Shown here: positions 30,212-44,580 of the stretch, in pieces
Layout of the letters: each line of letters begins with the position of its first letter
Numbering within the stretch: position 1 is the first letter of the stretch
From: the human T2T-CHM13v2.0 reference genome, Homo sapiens
Strand: one strand, 5' to 3'
NCBI RefSeq assembly: GCF_009914755.1
Contig: NC_060925.1
DNA: 64,000 nucleotides
Notes under the pieces: model-generated
Told to the model about the DNA's origin: nothing
Databases searched by the model: none
What the model saw: only the letters and a program-made list of their open reading frames with translations
Translations under genes and position numbers: made by a program

Positions 30212-30419
30212 CATGATCAAATGCTTTAAGAGACATATCCAGAGAACTGTCATCAGATTCAGATGATGAATTTAATACCACTGAACCAGTTTGCGTACAT
30301 TCCACAGTTTGAGTAGTACGCTGACATATAGCGTCAAATGGCACATAGCAAGGATGGTAATGGTGGATCAGGTAACATAACACACGGCCGTCTGAGAAAG
30401 ACACTGTAAAATTCTCCAC
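30212..30419 (-). CDS. ASPM: ASPM exon 14 (208 nt; CH domain)
   Basis: CAG|GTGGAG...CATG|GTTAGT; [23 protein letters not shown]. Confidence 0.96.
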
Positions 30420-30594
30420 CTGATTGAAAATGCCAGAAAAACAATTAACCGCATTTAGAAAGTAGTATAGACATAATGGTTTGCAGAATACCTGTGAATA
30501 ATAAAGGCAGAGACTGGAGTGACAAATCTACAAGGCAAGTAATGGCAAGTTTGACTGGTAAACTCTAAAATTTAAAAGAAAAAAATAAAAGAGT

Positions 30595-31280
30595 ATCCCC
30601 TAGAACTTTATGTGAGAGCATGGCACATCCAACACCTTGATTTCAGACTTCTAACCTCTGGAACTGTGAGAGAATAAATTTCTACTTTAAGCCACCTAGT
30701 TTGCTGTAATTTGCTATGGTAGTCTTAGGAAACTACAACAACAAGCAATGAGAGTGGATTCTCGTTATTTGTGAATATTGAACCATTGCATAGAGGAGAA
30801 ATATAAGGTTAGTGTCCTGTGAGCCTCTGGTTATAATATGTTTATCAACCAATCCGCACATAACCTTGTTCACAGGTGTTTCTGATTCAATAACACTAAC
30901 TCATGGCCAACAGCATTATAATTCACGCCTGCATTAAAATTAGTTAACGCATATATTTTCTGTATACGGCACATCACAGTCTTCTCCTAAGAACACTAGA
31001 CAGGGCTTCATTACTACACTTGAAAGCCATTTTAAACAGGGAACTCACCAACAAAAAGCACAAAAATGCAAAAAAGTACAATGCTAAATAGGTCCTGAAA
31101 AGGACGCTTGTTTACAGTATAAGAGCTGAAACAAAAAGAGCACCACCTTGTTTGACATCAGCTGGCTATGAGGGCCCAGGCATTCACACACGTCAATAAA
31201 TGACCACAAAATACTGCAACTACTAATTTTGGCATTAAAAAGAAATTTTAGCTAGTATGCAAATTCCAAATATGGAATTA
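30595..31280. mobile_element. MaLR LTR fragment (30595-30735) plus Tigger-family MITE (30750-31280)
   Basis: Recognisable MaLR 3' end (caccttgatttcagacttc...agaataaatttc) followed by Tigger-like sequence. Confidence 0.55.
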
Positions 31281-31933
31281 ATTAATACCGATGATCAACT
31301 TTGGCTCTCTAGTATTTAGTTAAAACATAGAAGATTATCCATATGTTTAACAATTTTTGTACTAATAACTTCTTGGTATAATCATATTGCAAGGCTTACC
31401 ATATTTAGCTATACATACTGTGTATCACTGTTTCTGTCTTATATTTATTACCAGATAGTTTATCCACGTGTTTAGGGGAAATTTTTTTCATATATTTACA
31501 CTAAGAAGTATACTTCATACAGAAATACAGTGTTAACCTAACAAATGATTATAGAGAGACTCAAATTTTGTTCTTCTTCCTCTAACTAGTGGTAAGTTCT
31601 TAGTTGTCCCTTTCTGAATGTGGGCTTATTTGAATTGAACTTTATAATAATGATATGATTCTTTTATGTCCCAGTTCTATGCAAGCATCTTCTACTAAGA
31701 CTTCCATCTAGGGCATATTTTTCTTTTCTTGATAAAATTATCATGTATCACACAATTGGTGATAGATTAGATGAAATACAGTGTATGATAAAACATTCAC
31801 TCATTTGAGGGAAAGTTTGCTTACACAGATGAACTAAGAAATTCAAGAAAAGACTTCAGGCATTAAGTTTAAGTGACTTTCATCAAAATTTATTAAAATA
31901 TATTGGGTTAAAACAAAAAACAAAGAAACTTAC

Positions 31934-32155
31934 CTTTTTATTATAGAAGGCACAAACAGCATTTACCCAATCCATCAATAACTTTATGTTTTCACTATAT
32001 TGTTCAAAGGAACCACTATCCCTTTTGCCTTTTTTCTTATTAATAAGATCATCAGAATGGCATGATAGTAGAGATATTGTTTTCTTTATACTCTTTGTGT
32101 GTTTTAGAAAGGCAATTTCTTCCTTTAATTGATCTAAGTTAAGGGAAATATCCAC
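31934..32155 (-). CDS. ASPM: ASPM exon 13 (222 nt)
   Basis: TAG|GTGGAT...AAG|GTAAGT; ORF 31883..32155. Confidence 0.96.
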
Positions 32156-32693
32156 CTAAAACAAACACAAAAAAAGATAAATACCTTCATATTTTCCATA
32201 GATTATTTTTAACCCACAGAAATCAAAGTAACTGTCTTCTATTTAGAGAAACTGTAGATGTTTTAAACCAGGAAGTTAAAAAAATCAAAGAAAATAAAGT
32301 GCCTGAAATGGATATTTTAGTACAAAACAGTCGCTTTTTTTTTCCCCAAAGGCAAACACCATCTACACTGAAGTGATAAAATGTTTAGTGGTTAAGAACA
32401 TGGGATTTGGGGCCCATGGGATTTATCAATGATGTAAACTGTAGTTTCAGTTTCCTCATCTGAGAGGTAGACATAACACCTACTTTGCAGGTGTGGTGAA
32501 GATTAGATTGAAATATATATATATATACACATATATATACATATATATATATAGCATTTATCACAGTTACTGGGGCAAAATAAACCTTATTAAATGATGG
32601 TTGTTGTTGTTATTCTTTATTAGATTCAAATTGTTTTTATAAATCAGTAATCAAAATTGATAAAAAATACAAGATGTACCAAATGTATAATAC

Positions 32694-32779
32694 CTGAAAA
32701 GCAAACGCTATTTTCCAAAGCAACCTGAGAGTTTTTTCTCTGTGCCTATCCACAATATCCTTAGATAGAATTGTATTTC
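32694..32779 (-). CDS. ASPM: ASPM exon 12 (86 nt)
   Basis: TAG|GAAATAC...CAG|GTATTA; [28 protein letters not shown]. Confidence 0.96.
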
Positions 32780-32869
32780 CTATAAAAGAAAAGGTTGTCC
32801 ATTAGCATAATGTACGCACATATCAATATTCAGTGAGGAGAATAAGTTTTACCTCTACTCAGTTTTTAC

Positions 32870-33015
32870 CATGCTCATCACTTAATTCAATTCCTCGTGA
32901 TTTAAGAACTTGAAGAACAATGTCAACATTGTGCATCTTTTGAAGACGACTTATTGCCGGAATCCTGAGTTTCTTTGAGAGGTCCCAGTTCTGTGTGAGA
33001 AGTTCCATGGTTCGC
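32870..33015 (-). CDS. ASPM: ASPM exon 11 (146 nt)
   Basis: CAG|GCGAACC...CATG|GTAAAA; ORF 32859..33098. Confidence 0.96.
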
Positions 33016-33948
33016 CTGGCAGTAATAAAATGTTCAGATGAAATTATCATAAAAACGTATATGAAAAAACCCTTCACTGAAATATAGTTATTTCCCACAT
33101 AAATCCCAACAGTTACAGGGCTTTATGATCAGAAAGACTTCAAAAAACTATCTCAAAACTCTGTTGCTCCATAGTCGGCAAGTAGAGTTCTTATTTTAAG
33201 TTTGGGATTGAAGTGTGTGAACAGATGATAAGAAAATAAGATATACATATATAAATGCACACATCAACAAAATAATAGGGCTCTACAGAAAAGAGAAAGA
33301 AAGGAAAGGACAGAAAAGAGAGGAGAGGGATGTAGAGCAGAGAGGAAGCACATTTATTGGGATGTACTATATTGTACACATCAAGCAAGTGCTTTATTTT
33401 CTTATTTTAGTTATCATGGTAAAGCGCACAATTAATTATTGTTAGATAAAGAAACTAAGGCCCATAGAGCTTAAATGAATTGCCTATGGTCATAGAGCTG
33501 GTAATGGCAAAACTAAGATGAGAACTAAAATCCAGTTTTACTTGTTTCCACAGTAATTCCTATATATATATAAAAATATATGTATATATACACGCACGAA
33601 TATTTGAGTATCTACCTAACAAAGACAGAAAAAGCAAACCCCAACTGATTTCTGTCTTCAACAAAAAGCTGGTAGAATTACTTATACAACCATAGTCTCT
33701 AAAGGCTAGAAAGAGACTTAAGATAATTCTAGGCCAACCATCCAGTCAATTGTAGACCAACCCATCACCCATGGCATTAATAGAGTAACCATCCCAAAGC
33801 ATTCTCAAGTGACTTCAAAGATTTATAAAACAGTCATTTTGCTGACACTTATCAAAACAGAAATTTGGTTATACAAGATTGATCTCTTAACTACTTAGAA
33901 TTCCTAACCGACTAAATAACATCAACATCCAACAGTGCTAAATCCTCA

Positions 33949-34294
<346 letters not shown>

Positions 34295-35707
34295 AGGGGG
34301 ACTTTCTTTGTGGAAAAATAGCACTGAACATTAAACCAATCCTTGTTCCTCCTAGAAAGTGGAAAAAGTATAAAAACAATTCCTATTGGCCAGAATATTG
34401 ATGTGGTAGCTTGAATTTATTAAATAAACAAATTAACCAACTAAAAAAATGTGAAATATTTTAAGCAAAATGATCTTAGCTCATATGGAACTGCTAAAGT
34501 GAGACAAAGCTGCAGTAAAAAGACTATTAACTTGTGAGAATACTGATCAGAAAGAAAAGAATGTTCATGGAAATTTAGCCTAAAAGAAGGCAAGGGACAT
34601 GTAAACTGTTTTTCAAAAACCGGAGATTCATAAAAATCTAGGATCTTGTCCTCATAAATGTCAAAGAATTCCTCCATTCTGGCCAAGCGGTCCTCTGACC
34701 TCTGCTTGAACCTTCCAACACTGTGAACTGGTTGTTTGATAAAGACACGTCTGAATATTGGCAAGTTTTTAAACCAAACCCACATTCATCTTCCTGAAAT
34801 TTTCATTGTTCATGCATACTTATTTTGCTTGGCAATAAACAATTTAATCACCTTTTATTATAAGACAGTTCTTCAAATATCTTAAAACATTTATGCCCCA
34901 GAGTTTTCTCTTCTGTTCTATTTCTCTAAATATTCACAGTTCTTTCAATTGGTCTCCATGAAACATGGATATAAGGTTTTCTAGTTTATACTCTAAAGTT
35001 ATCTCTAGTCGAAACAAAGAAATTAAAAAGTATATCCAAATAGCTTCTTTCCTATTCAGTTGAGTTTTAGACAACATGAATTTTAACATGAAGACTGCCT
35101 GCAATTAATTTTAGCTACAATATAAGCAATTTAAAATCTGACAAAAATGTACCAGGGTCAGCTAAAGAGTTTGTTAAGTTTTACTGTAGCAGAGATATTT
35201 TATAAAGACCATTAAATCTGTGCTCCCCATACGTCAACATTTAACTAGCTGTTTTGAGGCATAGCAACTTCCTAAATACACAGAGAAAAAAACTTTCATT
35301 GCTTTAAAGAAATCTCTTGCCTTGACCCCAAAAGTGCTTCCTTGATAAGGATATAATATATATTTTGGAGAGTTCCCTAGAAATAAAATGAGTATCTCCA
35401 ACCCAGATACCCTGAAGAGGCCAATCATGGCAAAATGCTAAAGGCCATTCCTTCTAAGCAAAACTGGCTATCCATCATACATACCAAAGCCAATTTTGAG
35501 CATTCCAGTTTGTTATTGAGGAAATATTGTGTAATTTGAAGTCAGATTTCATGAGTTTATGTCTCAATTCCACTGTGGAAAACTTGGGCAATCTATTCTA
35601 CCACTTCATCTTATTTTCCTCATATGTAAAACAAGGTTAATACTACTAAAAATGGTCTCAAATGATATAAAATTCATGAAACCACTGTCAATAAAAAGTG
35701 TCATTTT

Positions 35708-36001
35708 GGCCAGGCACGGTGGCTCATGCCTGTAATCCCAGAACTTTGGGAGGCCGAGGCAGGCGGATCACGAGGTCAGAAGATCGAGACCATCCTGGCT
35801 AACACGGTGAAACCCCGTCTCTACTAAAAATACAAAAAATTAGCTGGGCGTGGTGGTGGGCACCTGCAGTCCCAGCTACTCCGGAGGCTGAGGCAGGAGA
35901 ATGGCGTGAACCCAGGAGGTAGGCTTGCAGTGAGCCGAGACCTTGCCAGTGCCCTCCAGACTGGGCAACAGAGCAAGACTCCGTCTCAAAAAAAAAAAAA
36001 A
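35708..36001 (+). mobile_element. AluY
   Basis: AluY diagnostics; TSD AAAAAGTGT(C/T)ATTTT. Confidence 0.92.
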
Positions 36002-36313
36002 GTGTTATTTCAATGTTTGATATTTTAATTAGTTTAATGGTCTTCCCAACTCCTATTCTGAGACATCAGTAATTATTATCCATGAGTCCCAGTCACATGC
36101 CATCAGGAAAAAAGGTGTGGATAGGAGACAAGGTTTCTGGACATAACATTGATGTACCACTTCCCTGAAAAAAAAAAAAAAACCTCAATTTTTTTCAGTA
36201 CTAAATTTATTGTACTACTTGAAAGAGCAAGATTGAATAATTACAAAAAAAGTGTTTTCCAGAAAATGTTAGTCTATTCCATTAAGCAAAATAATTCTAT
36301 TTCTTATACGTAC

Positions 36314-36489
36314 ACAAGGCGCACTCCACATTGCAAGTCTACGGCAAGATTTGTAACGGCAAAATCAAATTCATCAAATGGTGTCTGAACATGGTTAACA
36401 GGTAATCCCAATAAGCCAAGGTGACGGGAAAGGTCACCTTCACCACTTAGGAAATCTCGTGAAAAAGCCAAAAGGATTTCTTTACTAGC
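36314..36489 (-). CDS. ASPM: ASPM exon 10 (176 nt; CH domain)
   Basis: TAG|GCTAGT...TTGT|GTACGT; [19 protein letters not shown]...DLQCGVRL. Confidence 0.95.
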
Positions 36490-37010
36490 CTATAAAGAAA
36501 TAAGTTCCAGATATTATATTCCAATATTATAATTTTGCTTATAATAAAAACAAATCCTCCAAATCATTCTGTACATATAAAAATAAAATAATATAAAAAG
36601 TTTCATATTATACATTAATAATGCAAACTTCATACATATTTCCAACTTAAGATCTTTCTAAAAGTTGCTCATAATAATACACTATAAAAACTAGCATTAA
36701 CTTGATTATATACTACATCAAAATTAGGGAAGAAATTTTCTCAAAAATTAAATCTTCAGAAGCATAGTTTAATCCATTTTCAAGTCAAAATTAAGAGTAA
36801 TGATAATGTGCTGATGAAAGGTAAACCAATAAAAACGAGGGATGGTTAGAATTACTGATGGGACTCACCAGACAGGCATTCCTATTTTACTCCTCTGAGT
36901 ATTATTCTTTGGAAAACTAATTTTTTTTCTAAAGAGAAAACATACCATGAAAGCAAGCAAAAGTCGTAAATGGGAAATATAAAATATAAAGCATACAATG
37001 AAAAGCATAC

Positions 37011-37141
37011 CTTGAATTCGGCATCTTTACAGAAGAGACAAGGATCATGATCAATGAGTCTGGAAATTTTAGCATAATCAAGAAAACAGACCAACAACAA
37101 TAACTTTTTCAATGTAAACTTGGACAAAGCTTCTTCATGAC
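37011..37141 (-). CDS. ASPM: ASPM exon 9 (131 nt)
   Basis: AAG|GTCATG...AAG|GTATGC; [21 protein letters not shown]. Confidence 0.96.
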
Positions 37142-37738
37142 CTTAAATAAAGTACAAAAAAGCACAGCAAGTTAATCTATGAAAGGTAGGTTTCATCTTA
37201 AAATATGATAATAATAATAATAAGGTGTTAGTAAAACAAAAAGTGTAGGGTAGCAAGCACAAATAAAACACTATGTGCCTTTTTTAGTGCTTTATGTGTA
37301 TAAATCCATTTAATCCTCCCAATATCTCTATGGGACAAGTATGCACCACTTAATATTTTCAATTCATAGATGAGGAAACAGGCACAGAGGCATCAAGAGA
37401 TTTAGTTGGTCTTACTCAACAAATATTTAATGAACACCTACTACATGCAGGCACCATCGTAGGTGTTAGATATACAGTACCAAATTACAACAAACATGAC
37501 CCCCATAGGACTTACAACCTACTGGGGGGAGAGGATGGGTAGAGACAACAGATAGAATTATAAATAGTGATGGAGGAATTAACGGGGAATGAGGGTGGAG
37601 GAAGGGAGAGTACTAGAAGCAGAGACTTATTTAGATTGGTTTCTTTGAGAAAGGAAAATGTAAACAGAAACAGGAAGAATGACAATAAGCCATTCATGTA
37701 TAATGTGGAGAGAATGTAGGAGAGGCAGAGATACTTAC

Positions 37739-37880
37739 CATCTCTATACAGGTGAGGAACAGTGGGGTGTCTATACTCAGCTGCTATATCAGGATTCCAA
37801 AGTAGGCGATTCAGAATAAACATAGCCAACCCTGTGACATCACTGTTATCTTCCAAAGATATGAGTTCTCCATAAGTTGT
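37739..37880 (-). CDS. ASPM: ASPM exon 8 (142 nt)
   Basis: CAG|ACAACT...GATG|GTAAGT; [15 protein letters not shown]. Confidence 0.96.
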
Positions 37881-39371
37881 CTGAAAATAAATTAAAGCCA
37901 AAGTCAGAATTATGCTATCTCTAAGAAACAAAGGGAAGTGACTGAGGAATGGCAGACCATAACCTAAGGAACTGGCAATGTTCTACTTTCTAAATGACAT
38001 GGTTATTTGCTAAATAACTTCTTTAAACTATGCATATATGATTTATGTATATCTTATTGTATATAGTATACGTTGCAATGCAAAAAGACAAAGCTCAGGA
38101 CTAAGATAAGTCTTAATCATCTGACGAGCAACATTCCCATTTTAATTTTTTCATTTAAGTTAAAGAACTATCAAATATAGGCATGTTGTTCAAATTTATT
38201 TATAACTGTCCCATTAAGTACATCGTGAAGTTATAACAGAAACCTAAATATTCAAATTTTTATGATAGTTATCAATGTAGAAAACATCTGCAAATCATCC
38301 AAGATAATTTGGAAAGCACAGGTCTGTTTATAATCAATGATTTAAATATAAAATTAGTTTAACATTAGCATGCTTATTAATAATTTTTAAAGCAATTAGG
38401 AAAAACTTAAAAAATATCAAATTCTGCAACCCTACATTGACAAAATATAAAGATTAAAGCATGGAAAAGTATTAATTATTACCTACCAAAATAGAGGAAT
38501 TTAACTTTATTTACTTTTTTTGGCCTTTGAAATTTTCTTAAAATCCTCACGTACATTTATTTAAAGAATCCTAGGGTGTAGTAATAAGGTACCTGTAAAA
38601 AGATTATACATCCCCACCACCTGCCATAAATTTGCTGTGACTTGTGGGAGGTTAATACATTCCTAACTAGTTTGTGCTTAGCTACATAATGTGCTTTGGC
38701 CAATGGAATGTGGGTGGAGATGATACAAATTACATCCAAGAGGTTTTAAAAAGCATTGCAAGGTTCCACACAAAGTTCTTGATTTTATTTTTGCCACAAA
38801 AAAGCTATGTCCCAAATATGGGGGGCTCTATTTCAATTGAGGTTCCAGAATTCTTTCATATGTGAAGCAGAGCTAGTTGATCTGTAACTTGCCAACTATT
38901 TAAAGGGAAAGGACACTGGAATTGAAATAAGAAATCCCAGCAATGACACCACAATGCTGTGTAACCACAGTAAGCTTATTATTTATTCTCTCTGGGCCTC
39001 AATTTATTGGTATATAAAAGCCAGATTATTACAAAGATCCTGTTCGGTCCCAAAGACTCTTCTATTCCAAAACCTGGAATAAACTGAAATAGTAATGGGA
39101 GACCCTACATTAAGAAGGTAAGAAACCTAGAAAAAATGTGAAAGCATACTAGCAAAAAACTAAAGAATACAGACGCACAAAAGATACTTTTAATAAAAAT
39201 GTCTTTAAACAGCCAATTACTAATAGTATCTTTCTAATTCAGTCAGTTTCAACATTCTAGGTATTACAGAGCCAAGAACTATGTAAAGAATGCAAATCCT
39301 GATGACATTTTTATGAGTACTATTTAATCAGATTGGTATAGGTTCAACTCCTGACCAAATAATTGGCATAG

Positions 39372-39681
<310 letters not shown>

Positions 39682-40108
39682 AGGGCAAGTCACTTTAACA
39701 TCTAAGCTTCTGTTTCGTTAGTGAAGTGGAAATAATAATACATACTTCACTGGGTTTTAAGAAATTTAAATTAGAAAATGTATTCACAGCAGCCTCGTTT
39801 TGGCATTTGTAAATTTGCAAAAATGAGTTTACTATAGTTGTCATTACGTGCAACACCAAATTATGTTTAAAGAGACTGTACAGTAAAATGTTGTATTACA
39901 ATATGGTGTAATAATATATAATGGCATAGTCTATTTACCTAATAAGCATTTATTAACGGGTATTACATTTTATACTAAAAGATGAATCAAGCTAACCTAA
40001 TGACTTTCAACTTTTATAAGTAAAACTACATTGTAATAAAATGAGTCTATTCTACAAAAAGTATATAATAAAAAAATATTATTTTAGAAACCTGAAATAT
40101 ATGCTTAC

Positions 40109-40176
40109 CTCTAGACCAATTCGAAGCCACAAAGGATTGTAGGACAACAGCCAATTCAGGACTTTCTGACGTTCTC
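40109..40176 (-). CDS. ASPM: ASPM exon 7 (68 nt)
   Basis: CAG|GAGAACG...GAG|GTAAGC; [22 protein letters not shown]. Confidence 0.95.
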
Positions 40177-40414
40177 CTGAAATGCATGTCAAAGGCAAAT
40201 AAGTTCAAATTGATAATCAAATAGAGACAAGAAATAAAACTTCAAGGAGAGTATATCAGTGGGAAAAAAATACTTGCTTATATGAAATAAGTTAATTTAA
40301 ATAAAATACACTTATAGTCTTAAATATACATGATCATATTCAAGTATGTGGGATTTTTGGCAGCAAAGCTAAAGCATGTATACCTAGTTTTGAAATACAA
40401 AATCTCTTGGGGAC

Positions 40415-41115
40415 ATCAGTATCTGGAAGAGATACCTGCATTCTTATGTTCATTGCAGCATTATCCACAATATCCAAGATATGGAATCAATCTAAGTGTC
40501 CATTAGTGAATAAGTGGATAAAGAAAATGTGGGGTATGTGTATGTGTGTGTACGTATATATACAAATAAATATATATGATAAATATATATATATTTATAT
40601 ATAATGAAGTACTATTCAGTCTTAAAAATGAAAATCCTGTCACTTGTGATAACATGGATCAATCTGGAGGATATTATGCAAACTGAAATAGCCTAAGCAT
40701 AGAAAAACAAATACTGTATGATCTCATTTATATGTGAAATCTAAACAAGTTGAATTTATAGAAGCACAGAGAATGGTGGTTGCCAGAGAATGGGGTAGAG
40801 GGACTGGGGCGATGTTGTCAAAGGAGTATAAAGTCTCAGTTACGCAGGATGAATAAATTCTGGAGATCGAATGTACACCATGACGACTATAGTTAATAAC
40901 AGTGACTTGTATACTTGAAATTTGCTGAGAGTACTTCTTAAATGTTTTCACCACACATACACACAAGAAGGTAACTATGTGAGTAGATACATTAATTAGC
41001 TTGATTGTTATAATCATTTAATAATATATACATATATCAACATCATGTTGTATACCTTAAATATATGCCAGTTTTACCTGTCAATTATATGTCAATAAAG
41101 CCGGGGGAAAAAAAC
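40415..41115 (+). mobile_element. L1MA 3' end
   Basis: ORF2 C-terminal remnant (ORF 40407..40604), AATAAA and A-tail. Confidence 0.8.
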
Positions 41116-41173
41116 ACAAAATCTCTTGAATGTTTTTAAAGAATTAATGTCAAGATTTCTGCAGTCTTCTTAC

Positions 41174-41419
41174 CCACATCTTTCCATAGGTGTCTATCTT
41201 TTCGAACAATTAACCGCCTAGCTTCAATTTCAATTTCAAGCTTTTTAATAGCTTTAACCATTTTTTCAGAAGTAAACAAACGGCATGCTGCACGACGTAG
41301 TCTGTTTAACCTACACCGAGCAGTATAAGCTCTGAGAGACATTTCCTCTTTTGTAGGTGCTCTAGGAACACTTATTTTATGTTGATTCTCTATTCCCAAA
41401 AGAAGAGTAGCAGCATTTA
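41174..41419 (-). CDS. ASPM: ASPM exon 6 (246 nt)
   Basis: CAG|TAAATG...GTGG|GTAAGA; ORF 41136..41459. Confidence 0.96.
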
Positions 41420-41939
41420 CTGGGTAAAAACAAAAGAAAGAATGTTTCTGGTTAAACAATATCTCTACATATTCTTAAATCCAGCAATAAAATGCAATTT
41501 CAGACGGTAAAAACATAATCTATTCCTCACCCACTCCAAGCTTACTCCTTAGGCCAATCTATCATCGCAACCTGTTAGCTCTACCTGCAAAATGTATTCC
41601 AAGTCTAGCCACTTTTCACCGCCTCTACTATCACAAATTCAAACATGATTATCTCTAATCCGGACTAATGAATTAACTTCCTCACTGGTTTATCTGTTCC
41701 CATCCTTTTTATAAATTAATAAAAGTCAAGTTTCTAAGGAATATAATTTTTAAAAACCAATTGAATTTTGAAATGTAATTTAATCTTTTATAAAACACAT
41801 TTTCTTTTAAGAAAAGAACGAAAAATGGGGCTTTGCTCCCTTTTGGAAAAGAAACAACTTTTTTCTTTTTTTTTAAGTGATCTCTAAGATCACTGCTTAG
41901 AGAGCATCTAATTCAAAGACCCTTTTAATACAAAAATCC

Positions 41940-42258
41940 AGCCAGGTACAATTGCTCACACCTGTAATCCCAGCCTTTTGGGAGGCCAAGGCAAGTGAAT
42001 TCCTCGAGCCTAGGAGTTCAAGACCAACTCTGGCAACATAGCAAGAACTCTTCTATTCAAAAATAAAAAATAATAAAAAAAAAAAACTAGCCAGGCATGG
42101 TGGCGTGCACTGGTAGTCACAACTACTCAGGAGTTTGAGGGAGCAAGATTGCTTGAGCCTGGGAAGTGGAGGCTGCAGTGACCTGTGATCACACCAATGC
42201 ACTCCAGACTGGGTGAGGGAGTGAGACCTTGTCTCCAACAGCAAAAAAGAAAAAAAAT
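41940..42258 (+). mobile_element. AluJ
   Basis: Dimer plus A-tail. Confidence 0.9.
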
Positions 42259-42919
42259 CCTATACACGCGCTTCTCTGACAAAAATAAATCAGTGTCTGT
42301 CTGAACACCAGAATAGGAAAATCATCACTTTAAAAGTTAGCCTATATGATGATTTGACAATTTAAACATTCATAAGAATTTTTCCTTATCTTCAGCTGAA
42401 ATTGATCCCTATAATTTCTAAGCAAGAGCTGCACAAAAGTTAAGTTTCCTTCTCTTTCACAAGAAAACACTTCAAATGTTTGAAAGGCACATCTCTACCT
42501 GGTCCCTTTCCCAAGTTTTCTCTTTTCCAGAACAAACACTGAAATGTTTAAAAATTCCTCATATGAATTGGTGTTTAGTTTCCTCATAATCCTATAGCTT
42601 TCCAACATACTTCTTAAACTAAGGTATTGAACAGTGGGGACAATATGCCCAAAGTGGGCAGGCCACACGGGACTGATTGCATTGACTGATGAGAGAGAAT
42701 AGAGAACAAAAAGTATATTTCAGTACTTTCGGTAAAGAAAATGTACATATATAAATTTATGTAAATAAAAATTCTTACCTATACAAGCATTTAGGCTAAC
42801 GAACAGGGAATTATGCCATTAATTATAATAACTATGTATAATTAAAGAATGACAAACGATGTTAAAAATCTTTATCTGTTAAAAGTATTATTAAATTTAA
42901 ACATTAATTTAACGTTTAC

Positions 42920-43066
42920 CTTCAGAAATATTTGTTTTTACAGTGAAGTCATCAGGGGTTAATATAAAATTTAACCACCAAGTGAAGCCCTGTTCCTGCT
43001 TTTCCTTCCAGCGTTCATCATAAAACATGTTTTTTGCAGCAAATGGCATCGGGTGTCTGGGAATAT
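42920..43066 (-). CDS. ASPM: ASPM exon 5 (147 nt)
   Basis: TAG|ATATTCCC...GAAG|GTAAAC; [23 protein letters not shown]. Confidence 0.96.
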
Positions 43067-43544
43067 CTAAGAATACAATTAGGTTACTGCATAACAAAAT
43101 TTCCTTTAACTTATTGTACAATATACAGCAAAAGTCATTTTTACTAGCAATACCATCTTTAAAACACTGAACAATATTTGCTTTTCTACTACTTGCAGGA
43201 AAGAGCTGAAAGCATTTTGGGTAAGAAATGTAATCAGAGCAAAATGGGGAAAAGTAAAGCGATATTTCCTGGTTATTTAACACTAAACCACCATGAATCA
43301 ACTACATTAAAGTCTGATAGAATATCTTTTTTATAATTGATGCATAATAGATGTACACAATTTTGTGGTACATGTGATAATATATTCATAGAATTTATAC
43401 AAATCAGGTCAGGGTACTTGGGATATCCATCACCTTAAATATCTGTCTTTTTTTTTTTTTTTTTTTTTTTGCCTTTTTGGTAGAATGATTTATTTTCTTT
43501 TGGGTCTTTACCAAGTAATGAGATTGCTGGGTAAATGGTAGTCC

Positions 43545-43790
43545 TGGGCAGATTGCTTGAGGCCAGGGGTTTGTAACCAGCCTGGGCAACATGGCAAAAC
43601 CCCGTCTCTACCAAAAACACAAATAAACTAGCTGGGCATGGTGGCACATGCCTGTAGCCCCAGCTACCTGGGAGGCCGAGACGGGAGAATCACCCAAACC
43701 CAAGAGATGGAGGTCTCAGTGAGCTGAGATCACACCACTGCACTCCAGCCTGGGCAACAGAACAGGACTCTGTCCCAAAAAACAAAACAA
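43545..43790 (+). mobile_element. Alu inside retrocopy 3' UTR (antisense to transcript)
   Basis: Partial Alu dimer with several T>C changes. Confidence 0.9.
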
Positions 43791-43799
43791 AAAGACAAT

Positions 43800-44580
43800 G
43801 TGAGAATCTTGAAAGCTCAGAGAGAAGAGCAACTCTCACAGACAAGGGATCTGGATAACATTAGCAGCTGATTTCTCAGCAGAAAACTTGAAGGCCAGTA
43901 GGCAGTGGATTATGTATTTAAAATAATGAAGAAACCTGTCAATTGAGAAACTGATAGCTGGAAAACCTGTCCTTCAAAAATAAGGGAGAAATTAAGACAT
44001 TTCTAGATTTTTTTTAAAGCTGAAAAAATCCATTTATCTCTAAATTTGCCATACAAGAAGCATTAAAGTCCTTCAGGTTGAAATAAATGAACTCTAGGCA
44101 GTAACTATATAAGTAAATAACCAAGCTATATGAATATATAAAGCTCTCTGGTAAAGGTAAATATATAAACAAGCATAAAAACAGTATTATTGTAATTTTG
44201 GTTTGTAACTCCGCTTTTTATTTTCTACATGATTTAAAAGGCAAATGCATAAAATGTAATTATAAATATGTTAGGTGGTGTACAATGAATAAAGATATAA
44301 TCTGTGACATCAATAACCTAAAAAGAGTAGAGCTATATAGCAGTAGAATTTTGGTATGTGATTGAAGTTAAGTTGAAATAAATTCAAATTAGAATGTTAT
44401 AACTCTAGGATGTTATATGTAATTTTCATAGTAAACAAAAACAAAATATACATAGAATATACACAAAAGGAAATGAGAATAGAAACAAAACTTGTCACTA
44501 CAAAAAAAATCAACTAAAGATAAAAGAAGTTAACAACTGAGAAAATGACTGGCAAAAATCAGTAACTCTGACTTATTAAA
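43800..44580 (+). mobile_element. Old L1 fragment (ORF1 end / inter-ORF) inside retrocopy 3' UTR
   Basis: L1 ORF1-like sequence (...gatttctcagcagaaaacttgaaggccagtaggcagtgg...). Confidence 0.7.
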
